DNA of 41,219 bases from Trichinella spiralis (taxonomy: Eukaryota), in NCBI RefSeq assembly GCF_000181795.1, contig NW_003526945.1, positions 1,168,591 through 1,209,809 of the forward strand, given 5' to 3'. Below, in pieces: positions 13,001 to 27,980 of the stretch. Below the pieces are notes generated by a model, which had not been told where the DNA came from, ran no database searches, and saw nothing but the letters and a program-made list of their open reading frames with translations. A program made the translations under genes and the position numbers. Within the stretch, counting starts at the first letter, position 1. Every line of letters starts with the position of its first letter.

Positions 13001-16000
13001 TGGAATTTCTGTAGCATCGCCAATAAAAAATTCCCATTCCTAAATTGTAAAGTTATCCTCTGTCGAAAAATATCTTTTTATAAGCAATAACATTTTTATC
13101 AAATTGATTGGGAAAAACGGATCGAATTATTTGCAATACAAAAATAAGTTGATCTCGTTTGCGTAAAGATAATCCAATTGACTGGATAGTGGTTAAAAGC
13201 AAAGTGCTGATCAGTCGTTTCATTTCCAAGCTGTCCAACGTTCCAGACTGAAATTGAAATTTTTCATAAGAATGATTTATTACAGATATGCAATATACCT
13301 TATTTATTTTCAACACATTGCAATACAGATTTGTGAAAAAGGCCAAACTAAATCGGTACATGTTGCAAATTTTATGCAAATCACATATGACAAAATAAAG
13401 GGAACAAGCAACTTGAACGAGTGGCATGAATTGTTCACGCTCCTAAAAATAAGTTTCACTTAGCATATGGCGAAAAATGTTTTAGACGATTAATTTATGA
13501 CAAATACTTTGTCAATTTCAAGTCGTAAATTTTGTGATTCTTTCAAAGCCGCATTAATTCCATCACTGCTTTCCTTGGCTTCATTGAGAGTTGCTAGTAA
13601 ATCACTGTTTGTGAGAATGGTTCCTTCAAGATGTGCCAATTTCTGCAAAACAAAATGATTTGCTTGTTTAAATATACTTTAATTATTTCAAAAGTTATGA
13701 ATTAAAAATTTCAATACAAATGCTTTAAATTTAAAAAATACCTCTAAAATTAATTCTTCCATATTCTGCAGTTTTAGTTTCAGCTCTTCTTGCTAAAATG
13801 TAAATAAATGACTCATTAGAATAGAATTTTTAATTTTCATGTATTACATTTTTCAACAGCTGACGTCTTTGTGCTTCACGTTCAGAGTTTGTTTCTTTAA
13901 TTGTTAAAGCAAGCAGTTGTGATCTTAATCCAGGTTGAGTTGTAATAAAATTAATTTTTGTCACTAGTGAATCTGCATAAGACGGAATGCAAAAATCTGA
14001 ATCTCCAGTTGCCCTATTGAAAAACGTGCAGTGTAAGATTCATCAACTGTTTCAGATAAAGAGCAAAACTAACAGATAAACTTTGAATTCATCGTGACAG
14101 TCTATTATTTTTTCACCAAACTGTAACTGCATTTTTGTTTCTGAAAAGTATAAGCTATAAGCATGGCGAAAAATAAAAAGGGCTAACAAAATACCATGAC
14201 CAAGCAGTGAACGATTAAGCAAGGTGTAAATTATTGGATCAATCATTTCGACATCACAGAGTACAAGAATTTTTCCAAATCTTGCCGCTAGTTCAATGCG
14301 TGTAAAAACACTTGAATCCTGAAAGTACGGATTTCGTTGTAGTTGTAAGCATTTTCTCAAGTGTTCAGGAGTGATATACATTTATGCTTATGATTTCCAC
14401 TTTTTTACTTCCACCATAATGAACTAATAGCCAGTCAAGAAGACGCTGAGAAGGATCAATAATCAATGAGCACTGATTGCACTAAAAATATGCCATGAAA
14501 CGCTGCAAAAATTTTCTGCAGAAATGAAAAGTAAATTACATATATAATTGACAAAGCGTTTTGTATTGCAACCGCTTCATCTGGTAGTCCTTCCAGTTTC
14601 CACTGAAGCAGTTCTTTTTCAGTGGATAAAAACCTAAATAGCATTGTAGAAAAATAGCGTTCATGTATCAACTTATGTGATATATGATTTGTGGTGTACT
14701 CTTCAACATTGAAGCTTTTAACGTCCACACAATTCATCAATTCTTGCAAGGCTCTTTCTCTAATCTCCTCAGATTCTGATGATAAAAAGGTAATGAAAGC
14801 TGCTGCCAAAAGTGACAAATATGGAAGCTTATCTAAATCACTTTCCATCTCTTGCATCTAAAAATATCCATCCGCTAATTCATCAGTGATAAAATTAAGA
14901 TCTCCAGATATTACTTGAAGTTTCCATCTTTCGTATTCTGAACCAAGTTTAGAAATCAACTGTTCAGCTCGATCTAAACATTCACTGGCATTATCGAGAT
15001 CAAACTTAATTTGAGTTGCTTCTTTTGTAAGCGTTTCAAAGCGCTCTCGCAGTTGTGCAACACGTTGATCAGAGGTTTTCAATCCAACACAAATTTTTTC
15101 CATCTGTCGCTCCACTCGAGTGAGATTTCTACAATATTGAACACTTAACATTGAACAACTAAAATTCCTTTTATGAATGTAAACACTTTTGCAATTTGTA
15201 TTTTTGCTGTTCGAGTGGTTTGATTTTTGCCAAAATTTCAGCATATTTCAAATTAGCGGTCACCCACGAAGCTAGTGGAGCTGCAGCTATTGATGCTCTC
15301 TTTGCTGTCTGTTAAAATTATTTTAAAATTTCAAAGCTGCCTTAATGCAGAAAAGCGTATTGATACTTTTGGGTCAAAAGAAGCAGACTTTCGAGCTACT
15401 AATTCTTTAACTCTTTCCACAGTTTGAGGGGAAACTTTTCTAGCGTCAAAATTGATTATTTCTTCTTTAACGCCACTTTTTGACAAAAAGCTATAAGCAA
15501 TAATATGATAATTTTTATTTACTTTGTTTGATTGTTTTGCGAATAAGAAAATGCTTACTTTCTCATACTTGCCCAAGAACAGTCAAATATTCCCATGAAT
15601 AGTAAAACTGCTTCCAGAATGTCACGAATTGTTTCAGGTGGAGCTCTCAAGCTTCGAATTTCTGACAATGATTCTGAGCGAATCATGCCAACATCTTCTT
15701 GAGCTTGCTTTATCAACGGCTCTATCTAAATTATGAAACATTAAAAAGAAGAGTTTGCTTTTTCTTTCAAATAGCACTTCTTACCTTGGACAACTGGGCA
15801 TCAATAATTTTGCGTTGTTCTTCAACTTGTTCACTTTCTTTTTCACTTGCTTTCTTCATCATTTCCATGTTGGTTTTGTGTTCAGTAGCCTCCTGGAAGT
15901 GAAAAAGCTATTTAAATTGAAAAATTGATAAAAGATATATATTACCGCCATGCTCAACGTAATAGCTTGGAGCATATCGTCAGCTTCGCTTTGCTTTTCT

Positions 16001-19000
16001 TTCAGTAGTGCATTTTGCTCGCTAGCTTTAACTTTCATTTCTGCTACCACTTTTTTTGCTTCACTTAATTTTGCCACTCCAGACTTTAAATGATATTTCA
16101 TTTATATGAGGTTTTCTGTTCAATTGACATTTTTCACATTACCTTCAACACAGATACCCTGGCTTGAATCAAACTTCTCTTATTTAATAGCAATTTGTTA
16201 AATTGGCCAACAAAAGCGATGAGCTTCTTTGGAGATGGGTTAGAAAATCGTTCAAAAACTTCAACAAATCGATCACAAAATATTTCGTTATTTTCGAAAG
16301 GATTTGGTATATCAACTGAGCTACTTTCAGAAGTAATCATCGCAAATGTTGAAGCAGAAATCTGAATCGCACACATATGCATGTATAAATCTTGCATGAT
16401 GCAGCAAAAAGTAATTGTTCAATTACCTTTAGCAGGGAATCTTTAGACCAACTATGTATTGACAGGACAGTGCATTTTTTAAATAGTACACCGTAATGTT
16501 TCCTGTAAGTGGCTAATTTCAGTTCGTTTGAATCAATGATCAATACAATACGAAGATTTTGCTTCACTCCTAAAATGAAAAGTTTAGCAGCACATCAAGC
16601 AACAAAACCAAAAATGAAAGTATTTCTCACTTTCTGAAAAATAAGAATGCATGTTTCCATGATATGAATCTTGTGCAGCTTGTTGACGCAGTTGAGCTAA
16701 TAATGGCTCTAATTCCTCTGATTTAAAAATACCTGGAACTTCACCTGAAAGCAATATGGAGCAAACTGGATCCAAAAAACGATCCTCAATCAATTGGTAA
16801 TCTTCTATTAAAAGAATGACCATGCCATTTTTCAGCGCCGCAGTTTGCAGTGCCTGCTTCAAATCATTCATGTACTGTTTCCAACCGTAATGCGGGGTAA
16901 TATGCAAATGAATTAGCTCAATGTTATGCAAATATGCTGTAAGTGCTAGTGCAGATCGTCTTCCAACACCGGCTGGTGCTATCATTACAAGTGAAGAACG
17001 AGAAATGGATGTTATTGCGCGTTCAATCTGCGTGACCAACAGCATGAGTTCTTTTGTAATTACCAAATTCAGTCGACTGAATTCACAATTATATCGTGCA
17101 GTTGCACTTTTTAACAGTGTGCAAAATTGCTCTTCTTCGACTTTAATTAGTTTTGTACCAAGAAGGTTCTGAGAACGTAGCTTTAGCACGTCTGTCTCAG
17201 TTCCACAAGAGGAATACAGCTGAAAATCTGAAATGGAAATATACTTAATTACAAGTGAAAATATTGCAGACAATGTTTTCAAGAATGAATTACCCAATAT
17301 ATTTTCTTGTCCACTTATTGCTAGTAATTTAGGCCAATGTTTCACCACCGATTCCCTGAGCAAATGATCAAATTGATTCTTTTCATTTTCAGTAGTTAAA
17401 CGATCACGAAATATTCGAAAACCTTCATGCAGCCATAAGTGAAAGAACTTTTTAATATCCCTAAAGTGATAAATACATTAATAATGTGAAAAACAATAAG
17501 ATACTTTAGCAAATTACCAATCTCTCAAGTCGTAACGAGGCAAGCTGGTAATCCAAGTTGTCAAGTCAGTCGGAGTGAAAAAGTATTCAACATTACTATC
17601 AAACTTGAACTGTTTTTGACACTAAAAATCCAACAGGTGCAACTTTCACTGATATAGTACATTTTTTTTGTCTGTTTTACCTGTTCATATATAGCAATCA
17701 TGCATGTCGCTATTTGCGCAAGTAAGGATTTTCTGTCATTTTCTATAACTTTTAAATTCACTGGCAAAACTGAATTTAAATACGCAGTACAAATTGAGGA
17801 TAATTCTTCTTTGCTTGGTGATCTGTTAAAAGAATTTGTTCAGTATGTACGCATTCATTTTCGACAACATTAAGCTGTGCTTGCCTTATGCTCATCACTG
17901 GCATGATAGACATAAACCGTTGGGGAAGATCGCTGTATTTGGAATTTGTTGATACGTTTATACAAAACACTATTTGAACATTTGATATTGTAATCCATTC
18001 AAAAGTTTCGTCATAAAAGCCTCCAAGAGTGAACACCTTAATAAAGAGCAGTTAATAAATAGTAAAAAAAAGCCATGACGTTTATGACTGTACTTGACGT
18101 AAAAAAGCTATTAGCGAGTTGCAACCCCACTGATCTCGTTTGCAGATGTCAATGTATTTAATTAAAAATACAAGTCGCTCACAGTCTTTAGGTCGAAATT
18201 CTCGACCTTTTGTTCCAGTGGACAAAGTGCAGCACTGTTTGAGTTTATCGAGAAAATTTTCAAGATTCGTTTCAGCAGTACAGTGCAAGGACACTAGGTG
18301 AGTAGAACAATTAGCTTGCAGACTTTCGTTCAGCAACAGTCTAAAATATTATTATAAGCATAATGTTTTTAAAACATAATAATGACGATGTATTATTATA
18401 AAATTATTTCATAAGAATATTTTGGAAATATTTTGTGCAATACATGTAGTATATTGACTTGTATAACTTTGAAATGGCTTACTGCTTTCCACATTCATCT
18501 GGACCAAACATTATAAATGACTTGCACGAAGGTTTTGCCCAAAGCATATCAATGTAGCTCAAAGCAGCAAGTGCATCTGCTGTTTTTACCAACAGTGCTG
18601 TCCCAGAACATACTTCAACTTGATCAGAGTAATCATCGAAGCTTACAAGTCTGTCGTAACCTTTTTCATAAACTACGTTCATTGGTTGCTTTGGATCAGG
18701 CAATTTTTCACCAGCCCAGTTAAACAACTTTTCAAATTTATATGGAATTAATTATAACCGTACAATTGAATTACTCAAAACATACTTTGGTAGCGAATTC
18801 CGTTTGAGCATCATGGCGTAGATTTCTGGAAACCCCGTACAACAGTCGAACCAAAAATTCTTTTTTCCTTTTAACATTGTCCATAATAGCAAGAATATTT
18901 TTCACAGTACCTACTAAACTCAGTTCAGCTACGAATTCATCCTTAAAAAAGCATATGTTTGTGTATTTTTAATTCTGGCATTTATTTGCAAACCTGTTGT

Positions 19001-22000
19001 AAAATCCATTCAAGAGCGCGATAGAAATACATGTTGAACCATTCAGATAAATTTTCTCTCACGTCAGTTTGTTGTTTTTCAATGAAATGCTTAACAATAG
19101 CTTTGATGTCAACTGATTCTTGGCTGGAATACAATTTGAAATACATTTTTGTATTGATATTCTTTTTCACAATGTTACTTAAAATATGCTTACCTCAAGT
19201 AAATAATGCCCATTCTAGATATAGTCGCGGGTGAGGCGTTGGTAAGATTATCGCATTCAAAAATAAAATTTACATTTTTCGTCAGTTGAATGCGTTCACC
19301 AGATGCCATCTAAATAAATATATGAATATATATATATATAATTAACGCTATTTAAATCTGATTTGTCAATTAACCGTTAAAAGTTTGTTGTCATCAAAAA
19401 CGGAATTCATGGATTCAATCCATTCTGGATCAATTTCACCGTCGCATACTATCCATGACCAAACATCTTTAACGCAGCATTGTATTAATTAAAATGCTAT
19501 CAGCATCATTCTACAAAGTGTGCTTACTTTCAGATACGCATTTCCGACAAAGGTGTGTTAGTAAACCATCGCACCATTCTCGAGTATCAGGATCAATGTA
19601 GCCAAGAAGCTAAGATTGAGAATGTTTTACATAAATTGCACAAAGTGTTTACTTGACTTTACTCGATGTTTGAGCATAGCTTTTGGATTGAAGGTGTATG
19701 TATTGATCTGTTTCCCCATTTTAATCAATGCTTCTTTCAGCACAGTCCATATTGTAGTTTTTCCAGAACCACCTGTAAATTAAACTCGTCATGAAAACTT
19801 GTAAACTTTTGAATTAAAAATGTCTACTTGGACCAACAATGATAACTCCCATTCGTTGTTGAAGTTGTTCGTATAAGTCAAAAACTTTTTCTTTCTAAAT
19901 TCAAATTATGGTTAAGTTCACATTTTAAATTTACGAACTACCTTGAAATACAACCTGATTTCTGGACAATGTAACATCCATCTTAGAAGCAGCATATTCT
20001 ACTGAATCTTTCAATTCATCGCGTTGAATTTCTTTTGATTTCACTCCAGGAAAAGCGTCTCTGATTATATCTTCAAAAATGATCGAATCACTGTAAGTTA
20101 ACTTTGATTGAGTGTTGATTCTGAGCGCATGCACAGTGGTGATCATTTCTAATTCTTCAGTGGATGTTTCTGATTTTAAGGTAGTCAAATTTTGGCGCAA
20201 AAGATTGCCACAAGTATTTAACACTGTTTTCAAAGCTCTCAGTCCCCAATCGTAGTGATGCTGTTGAGATAATATTTCTCTAAATCACATCATCATCTAT
20301 GTATGCAGATAAAAGCAAAGCAAAATTTAAATAACAAACCGACAAAGATCGAAGACACAGGTTAATGTTTGTCCAATCTCTAGAGCTTTGGTGAATCCCT
20401 CAGACATTAGCATTGTTTGTGCGATGATTTTGTTGTCTGCCTGTGACATTGCAACTGGTCGGAAAAGTTGTTTCAAATTATCTGGCAATCGCCTACGACC
20501 ACTGTATTCTTTTCCCGCTGGATTTAAAGTAACAAAAACTGCAATGTTTGGATTAATTTCTACCTAAAACATTTGCAGCCAATTGTTGTTATTATTCGGT
20601 TGATGAATGAATGAAATTCAGCGGAATCACTGGTACTATAAAAATAAAACCGTGAACATCAAATAATCATACTTCTTTATCCATTAGCATGCACACATTC
20701 TGCTTGGATTTCAATGCATTTTGTATTGTTTCAATTTGCATCGATACTGCCGACAAGACCCCTTCTTCGAGTCGATTGAACTCATCAAAGCAACCCCATG
20801 CTCCACATTTGATCAAACCAACAAAAATTCTTCCCATTGATTTGAGATCAATGCCCTGAAAACATGTAAATAATATCATTTTTGTTGGAAACATATCACC
20901 TCCTGTATAATTGACTACCTACCTCGTCACAGTTGAACACAAGAACAAGCCGACCTAAAAGCAGTCCTAGGGTCTTTACTGTTTCAGTTTTTCCAGTACC
21001 TGTGGGACCATATGGATTACCACCCAAACCCATGTGCATTGCTTAAAACAGTATTTTATAACTGAAATACACAACACAAGCGTATACCTTGAGTAAAAGT
21101 CAGAAAACATCTGTCTGTTAGCTGAGTGTGTACTAGTTTTGCTAAGTTTCCAACATACTCATAGTTGTACATGTATTCAACATCAACAATTCTGACTATT
21201 ACTGCTTCGTTGTTTTCGAGATAAAATCTTTAAAAATCCCTTTATTGAAATTTTGTAATGCAACTTAACCACCCATACCTCAGCTGCATTTGCCATTGCC
21301 AACAATCTTTACTTGTTACTGAAGCTTTCCGCAGATTGTTTACAATTTCTAGGTTGTGAATCAAATCCAGAATGAGAGCTTTAAGCTTCAACTGTAAAAT
21401 AGTAGAGTCGGTTGTGACCAATGTGTAAGTTTTAAGTTGGCTTTGCAATGATGCGGCAAGTCGATCCAACGTTCCTGATTGGATCGCTTTTTCACATTGT
21501 TCACAAAATCGAATCTGCTCAGACAAACAAAGCACCTGAAAATCAGTTTTCATTTTAACACATCTATTAATAATTTGTTTGAAAATAGCGAAGCTTACTT
21601 GTGAACAGAATTGTGAAGGATCTAAGTTTTGGCCACTTTTCATTGTGTTAACCGCCAAAATGACTGAACGCTTCAGGGTTTCTTGGATTGAAAGATGAAG
21701 TGCAGAAAGCCATAGCTTCAAACAATATATAACTGCAGCCCACAGTATTGTTTGAAAACAAATTCACATTACCTGTACTTCACCAGCAATTTTGACCGGA
21801 GATTGAAGAGGTAAAATTTCTCCGTCAGCTGAAGCAACAGCTGTTATGCAATTGTTCCCTTTATCGAAGTGAACAGTGTGAATTCCAGGAAACAGCTTTT
21901 TCAAATGCATTTGTATGATTTCAGGATCATCTGCTCGCCCCAGCAATTCCAATAAATCATCATCACCAATGAAATAAAATCTAGGAAATTCATCTCTTTT

Positions 22001-25000
22001 CTCCTAAGTAAAAAAAGGTTTTTTTAGCTTAGAGTTAGAATTTGGATTTTATGTCACGTCATCACTTCTAAATACTGATTTAGCGCCTTTTGACAACGCT
22101 GCAATTGCTCTACCAAGTTGGTAAGGCTACTCCTTGAAGAAGCATTCACTCGTAGCATCATGATGCGATTGTCTTGTGCTAATCCATTCATTATCTGCCT
22201 GAAAATTGACAATTCTAACAACGAGATTAACGTCAAGTTGTAAATTGAAATTTTAACTGAAATTCTTTGTCCAATCGCTGAAAACGAGACCATTCTTTAG
22301 GCAGGGCACCCAAATTGAATACTGGACTCAGTGAAAGCCATTTGCGTTGTATTTCCTGCAACAGGCGGACATGGTCCAATAATTCACTCAAACGCTGTTC
22401 CCAAAAATTTGTTCGATCATAAAATGCATTCTGCAAAGATGACTCCTTGAGGGATTGTACAAGAGCCTGTTTTTCTTCAATCTGTAAAGAAATGGACATT
22501 GATAAAAGCTGTGCAGTTTTTTTCAAAATTCACTTCGTTCAAAATTTCTTTCCAATTAGTGACAAGAGCAATTTGCTGACTGTTTTGCTCTTTTTGAGAA
22601 GTGAAATGGAAAGTGCATGCAGCACCCCACAGATCCAACTGATGTAAAGTATCACGAATAGCTACTTCACCTTGCGCCCGAGAATTCAATTCCTTTTGAA
22701 AATTTAATTAATATTAAACATTTATAAATAAAAACAAACTAAAAGTACTTTTAAACGTGAAACATTCTGAACTAGCACGGATGTAGATGATAAAAAATGT
22801 CCAAATGTTAGATGTTCGTGTTTCATCAATGTTGGAAGTTTCATCAATCGCATGAGTTCAATCCAATGATCTTCAGAGAAAGATTCTCCCGTGCAGTATT
22901 TCAGTACTGGAATTAATTCCTCAACATATAAATTACAATTAAAAAAACTAAGCAAAAAATAAGTAAGCATTATCCTCTACTCTGTATTTTGAAATATCAT
23001 TCTGTATGCGCATAGAAATGGAATTCATTTCATCCTCTTTGAGCTTTTCGCTCCATGTAACCAAAAACTGAGAAAATACATGAATCTTTGATCTAAAATA
23101 AATACGCATTATTATCATATGATGCAATTAAATAAGTTATGCTTCACTTGAAAAATATCCATTCTTCGTTGCCAAATTCAGTTAAAGCGTTGTAAAATGT
23201 TTGGTAGGGTAGCCAAGCAGCTTCACATGCTTGGACACTGTGAATGAGCTCTTCCAAATTTTTAAATCGAGGTTTATCTAATCCGAAACTTTCAGCGTCG
23301 TTCCTGTTAAAAATAATTTTTTCTTGAAATTGAACAAAACTCTATAAATTCATACTTGAGTCGTTTGCTTTCTTCGACGATTTCATTCAGTTCACGTTGC
23401 TTCTGCGATACAAAATCAACAATTTCGTGTATTTTCTCATCGCTGATGTCAGAGATGTCATTTTTTGGCTTCATGTGATACCATTTGACAGCAAACCGTT
23501 CCACGTGCTGTGTAAATGCTTGTATTTGGCTTAAAACGTTGCTTTTCAGTGTTTCCATCTAAAATTGAAATTTCATTTTCCTGCACCAATGCGTACGCTG
23601 AAGTGATCATATCACGCAAGATGAATAAACCATAATAACATACAGTACTAATATTCAAAGAAAATCAAACCTGATCATTAATTATAATTCGATGACTGCC
23701 CAACATCGAATCAAATTTCCCAAGCTGCTGACGCAGGTCGTCGGATCCAACAAGATTCGTGCCGGCAACGGTTTTGAACATTTTATTTTTTGACTCAATT
23801 TTTGATACCAAGTTTTCAATTTCAGTCCTTTTTTTCAAATAATTTTGATTTAAAACATGTGCCATTGTAATTTCTTCCATCGACTGTGGACGACTGGTAA
23901 GAGTGCGAATTGCTTCATTAAGGAAATGACCCAACTGAGAGCAATCTTTTTGCCAAGAATCTCGAAGTGTGTGCAACAGCATGTCGTAAATCCGTTGTAA
24001 CAGATTTTCAATAAACAACTTTATTGAATTTGTATTTATTGTAATGCAGGCAATTTCTATTTCACTAAATTAAAAATAACACTTATCACATAAATCAGTT
24101 CGGAAGCGTCAACACTGTCTATTTGAAATAACTGTATAAATTTGTTTCTATAGTTTTACATTTCTATGTGTACAGTATGGTTTGATTTGAAAATAAATTA
24201 AAAATTGCTTTCATTGATTTACGGTAGAAATGTTAAATACAAAAAAATAATAAAACCTCGGAATTTTTTCAGCTTCTCTGCCATTTTGTTTTACTGAGCG
24301 AAATGATCTTTCCCAATCAGAAGCTTCAACAAAGTGCTCTTCAATCAATGTTTCTATATCTGCTGATCCAATCACAGCCCATTTCTAAAATTATCAAATT
24401 ATAAATTCTCTAAATTAGAAGAAAAAATGACTACTTTTTGAAAATAATAATAATAGTCACAATATTCTACAAAAATTCCAACTTACGTTAAAACAGTTTT
24501 TAGTCATTTGCAACTTTTCAAGTAAGTCTTCAATTTTTTCGTAAGCATTTTGTATGTAATAAGAATTTCTTGCTACGATACTTTCAAAAATTGACTTTCC
24601 AAATGACAAGTTATCTGAGCAACCTTTAAAGTTGCAAGGAATACTAACAAACCGTCGTATTTCTCGATAATACTTGGAGCGAATTTCTTCAATTGGTGGT
24701 TTCAATTTCAGCTTCTTTTGACTTAAAATACAGCAAGATTTCAATAAATATAAATCAGTATTAACCATTCAAATATAACCTAAATAATATTTCAACTTTC
24801 ATCTTGGATAGTGTATCACTGAATTTTATCAATCCTAAACGATACTGATAATCAAGAACTTTGTACAATTGCCAATCCCAGTGAATGATCCACGGCTTCA
24901 TGTTGTTTGCGTTAATATTCTAAAGTTAATAAAATAAAATAAAATAAAATTAATCCTAGAAAGTATTTTTATGAAAATACCACTTCTTACCAATCGTGCC

Positions 25001-27897
25001 GCATCTCTGAAAATTTCTCGTATTTCTGCCAAACTGTCTTTCCACTTTTTTTGATGATGCAGCAAATTTATATCCATCAGCATCAGGACCTTAAATTTTT
25101 CTCATGAAAAATTACAATACGTATGTATGATGTATAAATTTGCTCCAATACGTGATTACTTTTTGACAAATTTGCTGATGATAGTACTGGAGCTGACGAT
25201 TGAGAACTGTGATTCGTTCTGCTGCTTCTTGTAATCTCATTATGTAATTTTCTACTTCTTTCGGATCATTCCAACTAACAGTGAACACTGAATCTGAGTA
25301 CTTGGGTTCTCCAGCTTTGGGGACTTTAATAACTTTTTCAAAAGCAACTGCCGCATCAAGCATCATCGCTTGCAAGCAGGGCAGCATATTTCGTTCAGCA
25401 TTGTTATAAAAATGAGAAACCTAAAATCACACATACATTGCTTATTGCAATTTATTTATTGATTTTAAACGTATCACGTTTGACCTGCTTCAATGTTTCG
25501 GCATATTTATAATATTTTTGTGCTGTCTTCACGCAGTTGACAATTCGATGAGGAACTGAATATTTAAGGCCAAGAAGTTGACGCGTTTCTTTTATTAATC
25601 GAACTAATTTGTCACTGTAATTAACTTTCAAACTTCCGTTTTTCTCACTCAGTTCCATAATTTGAGAGTTTGTTTGCATGCTAAAAGTAATTTTTCAATT
25701 TGAAAAATTCAAAAGTCACTCACTCACACACTTACCTCACAAATTCACGAGGATCATCGATTGCCTGAATCCATTCATTGCACCAACTGTCGAACAATTC
25801 AACCCGGTAACTTTGCAGCTCATTTATGTAATCAGAACAACTTTCCACGTATTCTTTGTGACCAGCAAGATCGTCAATCAAATCAGAGACCATCTTCATT
25901 GTCTGCTCTACCTGTGTTTCCAACATGGATTAAGTAAAAGGGGAAAAAAAAGAAAACTCATCTCAATCCACGAATAAATAATAAATAATACCTGTGATTC
26001 TTCTTGTTTCGCTCGAACAAGCAGAGACACAGTCTCTGACATTTCGTTAAAAGCCAAATGAATCCAGGAACCAGAACGACGTCGAAATGCTTCTCTTGAA
26101 TTTTTCAGTTCTTCACTCAAATTCAAAAGCAACGTTTCTCTCCAAAAGTTACATTATTCAACTTATATCAATATGGATGGCAAAGCAAAAATTCGCATAC
26201 CTTTCAGTTGCAAACTGCTGCTTGACCGCAGGAAGACAGAGTAAATCTTTGTATCGAACAAAATTATTTAAAATCTTGAAAACCTTTACGCTATACTTGC
26301 AAAAATTAATATTTAAAACGAACAAATCATACCGTCATTATGCTTCTTGATTTGCTTTTTGACGACAATAAATTAATTTTGGATAGCACATCACGGGCAA
26401 GTGCGCCGAAACTACGTTCAATCTCGAATTTCAATTTATGCCATATTTTATCATTATTTGCATTCAAATCGAAAATGTGAAAATGCTCGGGCAATTTCCA
26501 AAGCAGCTGAATTTCTGCACACTGGTGTCGATCAAGCATCGTGCATAAAATTTCCTTTGCCGACCGAAGCGCAAAAATCTACATTCATCATATGCGTTTG
26601 AATATATTTACCGTCTGAAATTTGTTTGTTAGTTTACTTGTTTTAGCCTTTTTATCAACAAATTGAGCAACTCTGACGTGAACGGTTTTCCATTCCATTT
26701 CTGAGAAACCCAGCGACTCCAGATTTGATTTGTCAGTAGATCACAACTTTCTTTCCATTGTTCGCACAAAGAAATTGCAAGACGCAAATTTGAGAAAACA
26801 TCATTGAAGCTGTCGTTCCAAAAATCCACAGCATCCAGCTTGCATTTTACATAAAAATAAATATCTTTGCCTATAATTACAAATAACAACAATAATTGAA
26901 AATGTTGTTTGCATTTAAATACGCTTTACAAAGTTTCACTGTTACCACCAGTTCGTGCAATGTAAAAATTAATAAAACAAAATTACTGATAATTTCAAAC
27001 AGATTTTTCATTCGTTGTTGTGGAAATGGTTCGTAGGTTTGTTGCATCCAAATTTCGTTGAAACAATTCTGAATTTTGTCCAAAAGGGAAGATATTTCTG
27101 CAAATTGTAATGATTCAATTTTGGAAAACTCCTCTGCAATTGTTTGCAAAGTGACATGGAAAAATTCAGCCCGTTCATCGTTTCCACTTGAACTAGCCCT
27201 TTGCCAAAAATTGCTCTCTTCACTCAGTGAAATGGATTCTGAATGAAACGTATAAAATTTGACATATGAACAACAACAGTAACAACAACAACAGAATCGT
27301 TAAATAAAAATTTACGTCTAATTCTGCTGTCGTCATTGTCAGATTTGTGAAATTGTTCACTTTTGGGATATGTGAGACTGTTGAAAGTCATTTGAAGGCC
27401 GAACTGTAATTCATTGATCAGACGTTTCAGCGAAACTTTGTTGTCGTTGGTGCATTCCGAATTTGAAATAACAGGGCTGTAAACTTTATCCAGTGTGTTG
27501 TAAAGCGCATCAGGAATTGATTGATGAAATGAAACTGTAGAAACGTGATCTCGCAAATTGTATTCACTTATTACGCAAGGATTATCTTTGAAATAGATCA
27601 TCACGAGACAGGATGAATCTCTTGGTAATTCAGAAAGCTGAAATTTAATTTCAAAAAATAAATCAAATTTAAATATTCAATTGACTACATTCTCACCGCA
27701 TTTGAACAGTAAAATTTGCATTTTGAACGAGACCATGCAAGAACAACGCTGGCACAGTCTGATTCGTTCAAAAATTTTTCCAACGAATTCACATGTCTTT
27801 GTTCGAGTGTTTTAATTTCAAGAGGAACATCAAAATTTTCTGCAGCTATTTTTAAAATTAATTTTACGCACAAATCCGTATTTTTCATATTTTTCAT
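10004..27897 (-). CDS. DYNC2H1: Cytoplasmic dynein 2 heavy chain (retrograde intraflagellar transport motor), complete gene, about 75 exons, >4000 aa
   Basis: AAA1 GPTGTGKT (21009-20986) and [13 protein letters not shown]2 GPSGSGKT (split by an intron near 19773-19827); AAA3 [11 protein letters not shown]4 APAGVGRR, whose GVGRR form is characteristic of dynein-2. Stalk coiled coils and MTBD ([17 protein letters not shown]) are present. The C-terminus is [38 protein letters not shown] (TAA 10006-10004). The exon chain was traced by eye and no disabling lesion was noticed. Nematode name che-3. The start could be the second ATG at 27888. Confidence 0.95.
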
Positions 27898-27966
27898 AAG
27901 GACACAGACGCAAAGGCAAATAGCGGGTAAATTTATTGATCTAAGTCAGTAAAAGCGCTGAAAATG

Positions 27967-27980
27967 GTTTCCATGGAAAT
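27967..27980. promoter_or_regulatory. X-box (RFX/DAF-19 binding site) upstream of dynein-2 heavy chain
   Basis: GTTTCCATGGAAAT (minus strand ATTTCCATGGAAAC), one mismatch from the palindromic X-box GTTTCCATGGAAAC, about 70 bp upstream of the ATG of a ciliary IFT gene. Confidence 0.8.

Noticed and set aside
18483..18505. Degenerate Walker A motifs in AAA3 (GPDECGKQ) and AAA4 (APAGVGRR) as a sign of a dead motor
   Set aside because: Dynein-2 heavy chains normally have divergent AAA3/AAA4 P-loops; AAA1 is canonical.
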